A model generated the notes under the pieces. It was given only the letters and a program-made list of their open reading frames with translations, did not search any database and was not told the origin of the DNA. Made by a program: the position numbers and the translations under genes. This document shows positions 49,801 to 62,800 of a stretch of DNA of 64,000 nt, one piece after another. Positions within the stretch are counted from its first letter, which is position 1. The number at the start of each line of letters is the position of its first letter. This DNA is from Squalus acanthias (lineage: Eukaryota): NCBI GenBank assembly GCA_030390025.1, contig JASTWF010000326.1, positions 434,001 through 498,000 on the forward strand, written 5' to 3'.

Positions 49801-50935
49801 GAACGGGGAAATGGCAGAGACTCTGAACAAATATTTTGTATCTGTCTTCATGGTAGAAGACACTAACAACATCCCAATAATGGACAATCAAGAGGCCACA
49901 GGGAGGGGGGAACTAAAGACAATCACTTTCACTAAGGAAAAAGTACTTGGTAAAATAATGGGACTAAAAGACAACAAGTCCCCTGGACCAGATGGCCTGC
50001 ATCCCAGGGTCTTAAAAGAAGAGGCTGCAGAGATAGTGGATGCATTGGTTGCAATATACCAAAATTCCCTGGACTCTGGAGAGGTTCCAGCGGATTGGAA
50101 AACCGCAAATGTAACACCCCTATTTAAGAAAGGAGCGAGACAGAAAGCAGGAAACTATAGACCAGTTAGCCTAACATCTGTCGTTGGGAAAATGCTGGAG
50201 TCCTTCCTTAAGGAAGCAGTAGCAGGGCATTTGGAAAATCATAATGCAGTCAAGCAGAGTCAGCATGGTTTTATGAAAGGGAAATCATGTTTAACAAATT
50301 TGCTGGAGTTCTTTGAGGATGTAACGAGCAGGGTGGATAGGGGTGAGCCAGTGGATGTGGTGTATTTGGATTTCCAGAAGGCATTCAATAAGGTGCCACA
50401 TAAAAGGTTACTGCATAAGATAAGAGCTCATGGAGTTGGGGGTAATATATTAGCATGGATAGAGAATTGGCTAGCTAACAGAAAGCAGAGAGTCGGGATA
50501 AATGGGTCATTAAACTTCTTCCTGCACTGGATGCAATAGAGCCTAATGAGAGGTGATCTCATTGAAACATAAAAAATTCTTAGAGGCTTGACAGGATAAA
50601 TGCTGGGAGGATGTTTCCCCAGGTTGGGGAGTCTAGAACCAGGGGTCACAGTCTCAGAATAAGGAGTCACTCATTTAGGACTGAGATGAGGAGAAATCTC
50701 TTCACTCAAAGAGTTGTGAATCCTTGGAGTTCTCTACCCAGAGGGTTGTGGATGTTCAGTCATTGAGTATATTCAAGGCAGAGATCAATAGATTTTTCGA
50801 TGTTAAGGGAATCAAGGGATATTGGGATAGTGTGGGAGTTGAGGTAGAAGATCAGCCATGATCTTATTGAATAGCGGAGCAGGCTCGAAGGGCCGAATGG
50901 CCTATTCCTGCTCCTATTTCTTATGTTCTAATGTA
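46879..50935 (+). mobile_element. Decayed CR1: ORF1 46880-47814, ORF2 and 3' end 49515-50935, interrupted by Harbinger-derived DNA
   Basis: ORF1 motifs DDHVCSKC, VVVGDSI, GTNDI. ORF2 49676-50539 (NYRPVSLTS, YLDFQKAF). Internal deletion at ~50512. CR1 tail. Confidence 0.85.
48050..49510 (+). mobile_element. Rearranged Harbinger remnant H
   Basis: TIR-like GGGCTAGAAATT, subterminal ATTAGCACCAGGCGCTAAT, Myb exon 1/intron 1 remnant. 49388-49508 matches intron 2 of copy B (18864-18985). Confidence 0.7.
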
Positions 50936-50937
50936 TT

Positions 50938-51092
50938 GAACCCAGAATGGACCTCCTGCCCTTTATAGAATCCCGAAAGGATCTCCAGCCCTTTATAGAA
51001 TTCAGAATGGATTTCCCACCCATTATATAGCCCAGAATGGATCTCCCGGCTTTTACGGAACCCGGAATGAATCTCCTCCTATTTATAGAATC
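50938..51092 (+). repeat. 30-bp minisatellite, right part (5 diverged units)
   Basis: GAAYCCAGAATGGATCTCCNGCCCTTTATA-like units, same family as 46794-46878. Confidence 0.85.
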
Positions 51093-51199
51093 AGCCCAAT
51101 GTTCATTCCATTGAATGAAGTTGAAAATCTATTTCATTGATTCTTGTTGGGATAAAGTTCCAGAGATGCAAGCTAGCCTCTGTCACCTTACACACCTGG

Positions 51200-51479
51200 C
51201 TGCACTTTAGTGTGTGTGTGTCGGCAGGTTATATAGCCATTCAGAGTGTCATAGTGCCCAATGCTGTCCTCACGTGATGTCCATGCACAGTACATTCCAG
51301 CATGTATTTCTGCTAGCGCTGTTCCCTTTGTTAGCTTAGGGACACTGAGGCCACTGTAGCACTGATGCAGCCAATATAAGCTAAAAGTACACTTTGGAGA
51401 TTCAATCTGGAAATTTCCTGAACTGCATTGTTAGTTCCACACCAGGCAGTACATTTACTCACTGAGCCACCTGGAGACC
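51200..51479 (-). mobile_element. Ancient tRNA-derived SINE, highly diverged
   Basis: The reverse complement starts ggtctccaggTGGCTCAGTGAGtaaa (A-box-like); the B box is degenerate. Confidence 0.4.
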
Positions 51480-51769
51480 AAATGAAATTTTCAGAAAGAA
51501 AAGCCTATGGCCATTATTTTGCAGTGGGCTGCAGAAGTTGGGTGGCTGACAGTGATCAGGGGTGAGAAGAATAAAGAAGGCATTGGGTATCATTCTGTGT
51601 AAACCAGATGTAATAAAAGGAATTAATGAGCTTCCTAGTTTCTCTTCTACTCTATTATTGATTTACCTGTATGAAAATGTACACAAGCATCATTGCAAGA
51701 GTCCTCTGCAATATTATTATTGCGGCCAATTCATCCAGATGAATTTTAGCGAGATTACTTCTCACCTCT

Positions 51770-51935
51770 CGCTCCTCCTTTGAAACCTACCTCTTTGACC
51801 AAGCTTTTAGTCACCTGTACTAATATCTCCTTATGTGGCTCAGTGTCAAATTTTGTTTGATAATCGCTGCTGTGAAGCACCTTGCGATGTTTTACTGCAT
51901 TAAAGGCACTATATAAATGCAAGTTGGTATTGCAG
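51770..51935 (+). mobile_element. L2-type 3' tail fragment
   Basis: Same sequence family as 30226-30400 and 36333-36474. Confidence 0.75.
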
Positions 51936-53099
51936 CAAGATTGCAAACATGTTCGTCATAAATGAGTTTAGAATTTTACTGCACAGAGGTATTTATGTGT
52001 AATAATGAAAAGTAAAGAAAAATGGGGAAATCCAAATGGCAACTTTGAAAAATGTCTTTGTCACAGATAAAGTGGAAAGGAATGATATTAATTTCCTTTA
52101 ATTGTGAGAGCCGTAAACATTCATGGGAGATTTTCAAGCAAGATATGGTTTTGCTTTTGTATTCCAATACAACTGTAGAAGGCTACTGAGCAAGCACAAA
52201 AGAACAGTGATTGATGTGAAAAGTCTATTATCTGCCCTGATCCTGGTATAAATTGATATCACATGGTCAAGGTTGTAACCCTGGGTCTCTCAGAAAGCCA
52301 CTGTAATCCTATCATTATTCATCTCTGATGAATTAGCAAGAAAACAATAACCAGATATAACAATGAGCAAATAAAAACAAAAGCCTGATTCATTGCTAGC
52401 TTCTCATGCAGGACTAAAGTTGAAATGGATTGGTTAGTAGAATTTGAATAAAATGCTGTACCTCAGCTGTCCGCATGCTGTCAGTCCATGGTCGTATGTA
52501 ATTATGAATCAGTGACCAGAAATGCCCTTTTATGTCTATGTGATATTAATCTACAACAATTACATCACAAACCAAGTGAAAATATTATTTATGTTTGTCA
52601 GCCATTTAGTTTTTAAGATATACGTTTCATACAACAAAAGGGATCAAAATTGCTGTGATTTGCCTGATTTGATATAATTCAGCACTGGCAGAGTTCCAGG
52701 AACAGAGTCCAGACTCTTCTCTTGCTTGGGTTTGGAGAAATTGTGTGATGTGGGATGGTGACATTCTAAAAAGAGGAGAAAATTAAATTTTAATAAAGGA
52801 TTTGCAGCTGACCTAGTAAGATATCCTTAGTGGCAGAGTTCTTATCACCCCCATGTATGGTGTATTGTCTCGAAGGGACCAGGAGCAATAGTCCAACAAA
52901 GGCCTGTGACCTGCAGGCACCACTGTCTCATTTTGTGTTACTGGTGCTGTTGCCTCAATCAAAATCTATTGGAGGTCACAGATCTGCAATTCCCAATTCT
53001 AAAAAGGAGGAGACCGGTGAGATCCTATTTCTACAATAGAGGGAACCCAACTCCAAGGTTCCAGTTTTAAATAGAGATCAAATAGCAATCCATTACAAC

Positions 53100-53216
53100 A
53101 TTCCTACATTACAACAGTGACTACACTTCAAAAAGTACTTCATTGTTTGTAAAACGTTAAATTGGGACGTCCGGTGGTCATGAAAGGCGCTATATACATG
53201 CAAGTCTTTCTTTTTT
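53100..53216 (+). mobile_element. DeuSINE 3' tail fragment
   Basis: ttcctacattacaacagtgactacacttcaaaaagtacttcatt...tgaaaggcgctatata. Confidence 0.75.
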
Positions 53217-53929
53217 CATTAGACCCAAGAAAATGTGGGTCTCCCTCGGCCTCTACATTACAGAAGACCATTGACTGTGGGAGGGGGAACTAAATTAAGA
53301 AGGAATCTGTTTGTTGTCTTGATTATATCAGGTCATGATTATTAAAAGACATTAGAATGATACAGCACAGAAGGAGGTCATTTGGCCCATCGTGCCCATT
53401 GTCAAAAGTGTAATGCAAAAAAAATGCTCTGATAAGTAGGGCTCCAGAAACTAGGGATTAATCTGGGTTGTCATAACCAGTTAGATTCTAAATGACTCTC
53501 AAAAGAAATTGAGTTGCCAGCCTCAGCAAAAAGCATTGGAAGCCTGAAACAATTGTTTAGAGGCCAGATGTCCTCCTGTAGCCCTGCACAGTTGACATGT
53601 GCAATTTCAATGTGCAAGTTATCCACTGCAAAATTTCAAAAAAAAATCTATATATACAAAGGAATTGATGACAGGAGTAAACAACAAAAATAGCTGTGGT
53701 TTGTTAAAGCAATTGTAAGAAATCCCTATGATGATTGTCTGCAAACCATACTTTAGACATTGAAAGCATATGATATTCTTTTATTGCAAGAGAGGCTAAA
53801 TGCTTTTTGCAAGTGTTATTCACAGTAATTCAGCAGTATGGCTGGACTCTCACGTTTAAATTCTCAAACAATAGAAATGCTGAGCAGCTAAATGTCTGTA
53901 CTTAGCAATCACTAAACATGAAAAAGCCA

Positions 53930-56671
53930 GGCCGGAATTTTGCCTACCTCAGCGGGTCCGGTGCGGACGGTGTCCGTGGCGGGTCGCGACCCCGCTGCTG
54001 GCTCCAGCCCGCTATTGAAAATGAAATTACCTTCATGGGGCCTATTAAGCCCGCCCTGCGCGTTATATGACCCAATTAGATGGAGCGGGTCTGGTGATGT
54101 CATTCATGACGCGTTTTCAGCCGGGATCTTTAAAGGGACCATGGCCACATTAGATTTGAAGTTTAATCTAATATAGTGCTGTTAATGCACAACAGCATTG
54201 GAGTGCAGCAAACACTGACAATGACTGCACAGAGGCAAAGGGCTGCACCCAGGTTCTCCAATGACTCTCTCCATATGCTTATAGATCTTCTTCCCTTCTG
54301 ATGGGTGGAACAGACCTCTCCAGGAGACCAAAACAGCCTGGTTGCAGATTGAAGAGGAGGTCACAAGCAGGAGGACCTGGGTGCAGTGCCACAAATGCTT
54401 CAATGATCTCATTAGATCAGGAAACGTTAGTACAAAGCCACACTCAACTGCATCCTGCTGTGCCTCTCATCCAATCCCCATCACTCTGCCTTCCCTACCC
54501 TACTCCTGCACATCCTTACTCACACCAACTTACCCTGCACCTCCACCCATCCCTCTCTAGCTATATTATCACATCCCCATCTCACTAGCCACCCCACACA
54601 CTCACCCTCATCCTAGTGCAATCATACCAACTAACAACACACAAGGAGGCCACTTGGGTGTTTTATGTAACGTTTCTGTTGATGTGATATCAAACATAAA
54701 AATCTTTATTTTCAAAACTTTCCGGTCTTGGATAGATTTGTGTGCACCTTTGGAAGTGGCTTAGTGAGTTGCAGTGAATGGTGAGACATAACGGTACCCC
54801 CCGCAATGGTGATGAATATGAAAGGAATTTAATTTTAATTAATTTATGGGATGTGGGTGTCGCTGGCAAGGCCAGCATTTATTGCCCATCCCTAATTGCC
54901 CTTGAGAAGGTGGTGGTGAGCCGCCTTCTTGAACCGTTGCAGTCCGAGTGATGAAGGTACTCCCACAGTACTGTTCGGTAGGGAGTTCCAGGATTTTGAC
55001 ACAGTGACGATGAAGGATCGGCGATATACTTCTAAGTCAGGATGGTGTGTAACTTGGAGGGGAACTTGGAGGTGGTAGTGTTCCCATGCACCTACTGCCC
55101 TTGTTCTTCTAGGTGGAAGAGGTCGCGGGTTTGGGAGGTTCTGCCGAAGAAGCCTTGGTGAGTTGCAGCAGTGCATCTTGTAGATGGTACACACTGCAGC
55201 CACGGTACGCCAGTGGTGGAGGGAGTGAATGTTTAAAGGGGTGCCAATCAAGCGGGCTGCTTTGTCCTGGATGGTGTCGAGCTTCTTGAGTGTTGTTGGA
55301 GCTGCACTCATCCAGGCAAGTGGAGAGTATTCCATCACACTCCTTACTTGTGCCTTGTAGATAGTGGAAAGGCTTTGGGGAGACTCGCCGCAGAATACCT
55401 AGCCTCTGACCTGCTCTTGTTGCCACAGTATTTATGTGGCTGGTCCAGTTAAGTTTCTGGTCAATAGTGACCCCCAGGATGTTGATGGTGGGGGATTCGG
55501 CGATGGTAATGCCGTTGAATGTCAAGGGGAGGTGGTTAGACTCTCACTTGTTGGAAATAGTCATTGCCTGGCAGTTCTGTAGCGCGCATGTTACCTGTCG
55601 CATATCAGCCCAAGCCTGAACGTCGTCCAGGTCTTGTTGCATGTGGGCATGGACTGCTTCATTATCTGAGGAGTTGTGAATGATGCTGAACACAGTGCAG
55701 TCATCAGCGAACATCCCCATTTCTGACCTTATGTTGGAGGGAAGGTCATTGATGAAGCAGCTGAAGATGGTTGGGCCTAGGACACTGCCCTGAGGAACTC
55801 CTTCAACCAATCATCACAACCAATGGCTTGGTCATTGTAGGGATGCTTTATGGTGTTGGTGTGGGGTGGTGCTAACCTGGCGCATCATGTGGCAGCCATA
55901 TGGGTGTACAGCATAAAGTTAACTAAATCTGGCCATAATAAGGCCATCCCCGGCCTCCCGGGCAGCAATGTGCTTAGGTGCTGACGCCCTGTGTCCTGTG
56001 CAGCATCAGGTGATTGCAGAGAAGGTTGGTGTTGTTGTTGGTGCTGCTGTTGTGTCTGGTGCTGCTGGTGTTGGGGCTCATCGTGGTCCGTTTCTGATGA
56101 CCAAGGTGAGACAGTATTAACGGCACCCATGCTAATGGAATAGATGGCAGGTGAAGTAGAGATGACAGAAGCGATCTGTCAATGGTGAGAGAGTTCTTCC
56201 AATGAGGTGACACTGGATGGAGACTTTGCTGGAATCACTTGCAGCCTGCAGAATCTGTGCTGGAAATGGACTGAGCAACAGCTTCTGCCTGAGGAAAGTG
56301 ATCATCTGTCAGGTGGGAGCTTTTACTGTACATTTAATGCTGTCAAGTAATCAGCTGGAGCAATGGCCACTGAACTCCTGCCTCAGGTTGACAGACGTGA
56401 TTCCTGAGTTGCGTGAATCCCGTGGCCATGCAGGGAAATTTAAAAAGTAAGTGGAAAAAAGCTCTTAAGTGCCTGTAAACTACCTGATAATGATTTCAAT
56501 TGGGTCGCCCGCCACTGCCCGTCGGGTCAGTTCCACGATGACAGACATGCCTGGGGGAAAGGCACGTGGGGGCGGGATGACAGTGGGTTCCTGACCCGCT
56601 GTCAAAAAAAGCAATTTTATCACCCAACCCACCACCGATCGCGCCCGCTACCACACCGGAAAATTATGGCC
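53930..56671 (+). mobile_element. Non-autonomous Harbinger derivative F (same family as E) carrying a LINE insertion
   Basis: TIRs GGCCGGAATTT / AAATTATGGCC, 3-bp TSD CCA on both sides, Myb exon 1 remnant (RRTWVQCHKCFNDL). Confidence 0.88.
54829..55821 (-). mobile_element. 5'-truncated copy of the 26964-30022 LINE family
   Basis: GVPQGSVLGP, FADDC and the same 3' UTR. An AAT duplication is visible by comparison with the uninterrupted copy E (aaaggAATggcttgg). Confidence 0.92.
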
Positions 56672-58230
56672 CCAGTGTTTTCTGTGGACTAATTCAATAA
56701 TGAAGCTTTTTCAATGATATATATGTTTGTATTTTGTAAGATGGGAGTTAAATCTTTTAAAAATCAGAAAGTGTTACCATTACAAAATATTATGGCTTAG
56801 AATCATAACAAAATGCTGCTTCATTTGCCCGTAAGGCTCATCTTCTGTACATTTCTATCTTGCTGTTAATCTTTGCAGCGGTTTTCTGTATCTATTCCCC
56901 ATAACCCCATTGTCTCCAATATATTGCAGTGCTGGGGAGATATGCACTATTTAATGGGTAAATAGAGACCTCCTAAAACAATTGATTAATGTAGGAATTT
57001 CTTTGCAATTAGCACGTCTGAACAAAAATAAAATATCGACATTCTTTCAAGGGTAGCAGACTTACTTTTTCCCCAGAATTGATAGATGAGTTTAGTTTTG
57101 ACTGGCCTCTTCTTACTAATATTTACAACATACTTTCAATCAGTACTTAATACAGTTTGAGGCAACCTGTGACCTCTTTTGGCAAATTAATTCTAATAAA
57201 CACAGAAATGAAATGAATTCCATCAGGATATTCCCAACAAATCATTGCCTTTGAGCTAAAAACAGCCCTGACTCTTGAAATGACTTGACTCTCAATGGTA
57301 ATTATTTGAAAATTAGAAGCAACACAGTGGAAGCATGGGAAGAGATTCATGTCCCTAATAAATGAACCTGTATATAGCAGATGGAACTATAATGTAAAGT
57401 ATTACATAGTTCTGCCACAAATTCAGAACCTATCTTAATTGAGATGCATACTCAGAGTTCCTCTAAAGAATGATTTTCACCAGTCATACAAATTATCTGT
57501 TGGGGAATTCAGAAGCAGAAGTGGGTCTCTTTTAGCACTGCCCAAGTACTGGGTCAACCAGAAAATGTTATACCATCTGTGGAACTTCTTCTTCTTTCGT
57601 ATGGTAGTAGCAAAGCAAATCAAATGTCAGTATCTAAGTTGGATATCCAGGCCAAAGCGTGGATATCTTGTCGGCTGCCTGCAAATTTCCTCTGGGGGCA
57701 GTGTGCTTGTTGTTAAATGGGATTTAACTTCTTGTTAAATCGACCTCCCCGTGACAGTAGCAAATCAAGCAAATCTGTGGAAGTGGACAATGTGATCACT
57801 CCAAATGAAAAATGGTAACGTTAATGTGGAGAAGAAGTGGGAAAAAAACTGAGGAAAACATTTTACAAATAAAGTTCTTTTTGCTCCACATTTTTCTTTA
57901 TAGGAGCAGTTTGTCATTCTCTACTTGTCTCTCAGCACTTTGTACTCTGCACTTGCTACCTGACAGTTGCTGCAATGTAGCCTGCTTTGGTCAGAAAAGT
58001 AGAATATTCTGAGTCGTGAACTTCTCATTACTGCAATTATTGTCATTCTATGATCAACTGAGATATGGGATGAATTTTAGAATAATTCTCAATGCATGAA
58101 GAGAAAATTCTGCTTTTGTTGTTTTCTTTACCGAAGATGAACATTCCTCTATACTAAGTCGACTCTACTATGCATTGAGGAAACATACTCAAAGTAGTGA
58201 CTTGAGTTACGAGCAGCTCTAAAACATAAA

Positions 58231-58863
58231 GGGGGAAAAATTGGGTCGCACCCCCTTTGGGGTGCTAACTTTGCTGGGGTGCTACTTTTAGCGCCCTGAA
58301 AAAGTTAGCGCCCCCGTGCCCAAAATTCACCGGTAGCACCCCAAGAGGGAGGTGGGGCGCTACTGGAAGCGCCCCGCCTCCCTCTTGGGGTGCTGCGAGT
58401 GAATATCGCGGTGCTAAAAGGGGAGGGGCCTAGCGCAGCGTGACCGGGGCCCAGCTGGGCCACCAGGGATCGGAGTGCCGGCAAAAGTGCCCGGCACTCA
58501 AGAGAAGTGCTGGGCTCATGGAGCGCAGCCGGCACTCCGCAGTGGGGCATCACAGAAGGCCGAGGGACGGCAAAGCGGGCAGGTGCTGGCAGGCGGCCAG
58601 CAACAAAAATGGCCGCCTGGCACCTTCCCTTTAATTTGCGCCGCCCTGACCGCAGGTAGGCCCCCCTGACCCCGTCGGACACAGCAGCCGGGGCGCTGCG
58701 CACAGCGATGATGTCATCGCCGACGGCACAGCGGCGCAGGTCGCTAACGGTTACCACCGCCGCTAACCTCCCGCTGAATTTCACAGGAGGCATTAGCGGT
58801 GCCGCGCCCAGGCGCTAGTTGCTTTGCGCCCCGTTAGCACGAAATCAACCAAATTTTTCCCCC
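58231..58863. mobile_element. Young CpG-rich MITE (633 bp), Harbinger-type
   Basis: Perfect 12-bp TIR GGGGGAAAAATT / AATTTTTCCCCC, TAAA on both flanks, repeated TAGCRCC motifs. Confidence 0.88.
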
Positions 58864-59337
58864 TAAACCTCTAATAAACTCGTTGGGAAGCAGGTTGTCT
58901 ACTTTCTGTGATGCTAACATACTCTTCAAAAATACAAATCTGCACCAGTTATTAGCATACAAAAGTGTTTTAAAACTCATCCATATTATATTGCTGCTTA
59001 AAAATCAGTTGCCCAATATTAAAAATATTGTTTGCCAGATGCTCTTGCGCTGCAGTACTGTGGTGTATTAATACATTATTGAGCACAAGGACATACTTCT
59101 TGATGCAGTGAATTGCTGAACAATAGCAACTTGCATGTGTGGAGTGGTGTTTTGTACGGAGCATGTGGGGTTGTGTGGTGAATTCTGATAAAACAAGTGA
59201 TGATGTGAAAAGGTCAAAGAGGCTCCACCATTTTGTTTATGCCACACAGTTGCTGTGTGTGTGTGTGTGTTGAAGCTCCAAAAAAATTCCTTTTATAAAA
59301 AATGTCCGATTACTCCAGTAGTATCAATACACTACAC

Positions 59338-59760
59338 CATGTATATAGCATCCTTAATGTAGAGAAATGTCCCAAAGCACTTCATGAATAGGAGGCGGGG
59401 CGGGGGGGGGGGGGGGGGGGGGAGGGTGGCAGGGGGGAATGGACACTGGACAGAAATAGAAGAGTTAAGGAAGGTGAACATTGGCATTGGCATTGGCATG
59501 GTCAAAGAGGCAGGTTTTGAGGAGGCCTTTGACAGTAGGAAGAGAGGTAGAAAAGGACAGGGAGTTTCAAAGAGCGTTCCACTGTGACTGGCCGTAACAG
59601 CTGAAAGCTCTGCCCTGATGGTGGAGCAGAGGAAGAGGAATGCATCACAGGCCAAAGAAAAGAGTGGAGAATACAAGCTGGGATATAGGGCTGAGAAAGC
59701 TACAAAGGAAGTGTGGGATGGGGCTATGGAGAGATTTGTAATTGAGGATGAAGATTTTGC
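59338..59760 (-). mobile_element. Old L2-like 3' fragment containing a poly-G run (59391-59436)
   Basis: Diverged similarity to 30240-30580 (tatatagca..cttaa..cccaaagcacttca, ggtcaaagaggcaggtttt, ggagagattt..gaggatgaagatttt). Confidence 0.6.
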
Positions 59761-60445
59761 TTAGGTCTTCTGAGTAACACATACCCTCAAAGATCGGATG
59801 TGATGGTTGGACTGTGATTCAATGTGTGCAGTTTAGTCACCTCCCAGCAGCTCACTCAAGAACAGCAGAGGCCAATAGCTGGGAATGAGCTGTCTGCCAG
59901 CTCTCTTTCAGAGAGTAGCACAGGTCACAGAAAAACTTAGAGGGGATGAAAGTAAGCTATAAAAATGTAAAGTTAAAAAAGTAGAGATTCCAATTTTGTT
60001 TGTCTTAAACCTCATCTATATAGAGGAACATGAAAGATAACGTTTTTAAGCTGCCACACAGTGGTGGTATAATAAGTCTATGCATCTGTTTGCCAAAAAG
60101 TTAATGGAATAACAGCAGGAAGTCGTTCTGTGGTACTTTCATATAAAACTAGAAAGCAACGGGTTGCAGCAGAATACAATAGTACATCCCTATGTTGCTT
60201 TGCTATACATGTTGTTTGCATGATCACTCTCACATTACATGAAACTATCAGGCTTTGGCCTGTTTACTTTCTGTTTCTGAACCTGAAATCTATCCAGGTT
60301 TTTACAATGATGCTGCTCCTGGGTCTGTTTCATTTGTCACGATGATACAAATCATGACGATAATTGTTGAGAAAGGCAGTTCAAAGGGATACGTGCACAA
60401 CTGGAAAGACTTTGGAAATAAGATGCAAGGAATGTGGTTCACTTG

Positions 60446-62049
60446 TGTGCGGGGTTCGGTTCGGGGTGCTTGTGCGGGGTTAGGCCTTCGTTGCCTAATA
60501 CTTTTGCTTGCTCTGGTCTCCGGCCAGCCTTGTTGCAATAAGCACCTGTGAGTGGTTCGACCCACTCGCCCTTACGGTTCTAACACTGGACTTAGGTGCG
60601 AGAGCAGTAATGCAGAGAAAACTCAGAAAGAACCGGTTGAATAGTACGAAATGGAAATCTTTATTGCATAACATCCAAAATCATGAAGTACATGTCATAG
60701 GCACAAATTAATGACAGTACAAGTAGACATACATTCATAAAACTTGGTCTAGGGTAATGAGGAACGCACGGCACATCGTAAAAAGGGGAACACATTATAT
60801 TTATCCTTAATAAGAACCACCCTCCCCTATCAATACCTACACTAATCTAGATTTGTAGGATCAAGGAAACATGCTCACCACTCGTGATACTTCGGAGAAT
60901 TTTAAAGAGGCACTCGGCTTGTTTTGCTGCAACACCTGACTGTCACGTGTTGGAAGGGGTCTCTGTACCCCACTTGTTTATCTTCTCTGCTCCGGCTAGC
61001 AGGCTGGGCTCCCCGTTGTCATGAAGAACTCGACAGTGCTCGGGGCCCGGTTCGAAGAAGAGTCTTCCTGTGTCCGACACCGGTTGCCGGTAGAATTCAA
61101 AGAAGAGTCTTTGACCAGTTCATGCAGTAACCTATAGAGTTCAAAAATGGTCTATATATTTTCGGGCGCGGTCGGGGTTTACTGACCGCGGCGGCATGTG
61201 GATTCTTCTTCTTCTCTTCTCATCTCGTCTCGTCTCATCTCTTCGGGCCTTCGGGTCCAGAACACCGTTTACCGACCCTCGGGATGGTGCACCCGGTTAC
61301 TGGCCTTCGTCGAGGCGACTCGTTCCAAGTTCAAACGAAGAAGCCCCGGGAGGATCAGAGGAATAAGAGAGTTCAGCAGCCAGCAGCGAGATAAGAGAGT
61401 CAAGAGTCAAGAGAGCGATGGACATTTGTTCACTATAGTTATAGTGCTGTGTTTTCCTTATCTCCCGCCCAATCTTAATGTTCATCCTTTGTAAAATCTT
61501 GGCGCTCAAAATTCCCAGTATGGGGTGATTCTTGTTTGTAATGGGTTTCGGTAGCACCTTAAACTGGCCAACTACCCGTTAATGTTTTTCCCATTGTCGA
61601 ACCGGCTAGGAGCCTCCCTGGTGGGGTTTTGGGTGCCTCCGAATACTTGTGTAAGTACCCGAGAATGGCTCTCTCATTGTAGAGCCGTGGGGAATTTGCG
61701 TATTGATGTATCTGGATGGGCCTTCGATTGCCCAGTACAATGGCCCTTACTTGTGCATGGAAAATGATTCCAGCACTTACATCTTTGCTATTGTGTCGAA
61801 GGCAGACAGGTTGCATCCTGTCTTTATCAGTGTTTGCTGCGTATTAACCAATCTTATACTGAAATGTTTATTCGAACGCCATCTTGTCTGCCCACTGAAA
61901 ATTCTGGAAGCTTCTGCCACGAGGCGCGGTGGCCATTTTACAAGCTTCTGTGTCCTGTTTAATCATGACAGCATTTCGTTGAAATAAAACTGATGAAATG
62001 AATCTGCTTTATCTCGTTATTTCGAATCACGATAATTGCGAATTTTACA
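60446..62049 (-). mobile_element. Long solo LTR (1604 bp), ERV-like, CpG-rich
   Basis: TG...CA termini with 4-bp TSD CTTG (60442-60445 and 62050-62053). On the minus strand there is a TATA-like ATATATAG at ~61155 and AATAAA at ~60662. Confidence 0.78.
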
Positions 62050-62709
62050 CTTGGGATAGGCAGCAACAGTATGGATTCAGCTTCAGGAGTAAAAAAAGTT
62101 CTATTCCCAAATTACCTTTCAGCTCTTCTAATTTTTCCAAAGTCACTGGTTAGGTTTTGGGAAAAATGCATGACATACTCAGTGGGACCCTCTGATCATG
62201 TCACTTTTAGGGCTCAGTTGTGTTAATTCCTTCTCTACTTCACCTCCTTTGCTGCAAATGTCTGAAGAAGTAATGCAGTTCCTCAACAATGTTAAGAGAG
62301 TGAAAGTCAGCCTCAATTGTTGGCCACGTACAGAAATGAATCTGCATTAAAATATGCAGGTCTGTTTGTCCCAAATTATTATTTTTTCTTTTAAATTGAA
62401 TATTATTCATAGCATCTATAGCTTAAAATGTGATGGTGCACATGGTATTGTCTTATACAAAGTTTAAAAATGTTAATTCGAAGTTGAACTGTAAATGGTT
62501 GAGGTTTTGTTTAAAATGATTGACAGTTTTGAAACTGGACTATGCAATAGTCAACATATGAACAATTTAATTCAGAGTCAATTGCACAGCTAATGGAAAA
62601 GTTTCTGTCAAACCAATCAGTTCTTCTTTTCTTTCCCTTTACAAGCTTTTCCACCAAGCTGGAGTAAAAAGGAAACACAGGAACAAAAATAGAACATATT
62701 GGAAAAAGT

Positions 62710-62800
62710 GCTTCAATCTGAGACATTATCCTGTCTTTTCTCTTTTCAGATGCTGATGGACTTGCAGTGTATATCCAGTATCTTCTGCTTCTATTTTTCC
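62710..62800 (+). mobile_element. Diverged Penelope-like terminal fragment
   Basis: ctgagacattatcctgtc...cagatgctgatggacttgc.gtgtatatccagta resembles 37752-37830. Confidence 0.5.

Noticed and set aside
57439..57738. 99-aa ORF / exon-like block
   Set aside because: No recognisable homology in any frame; cannot be supported without expression or conservation data.
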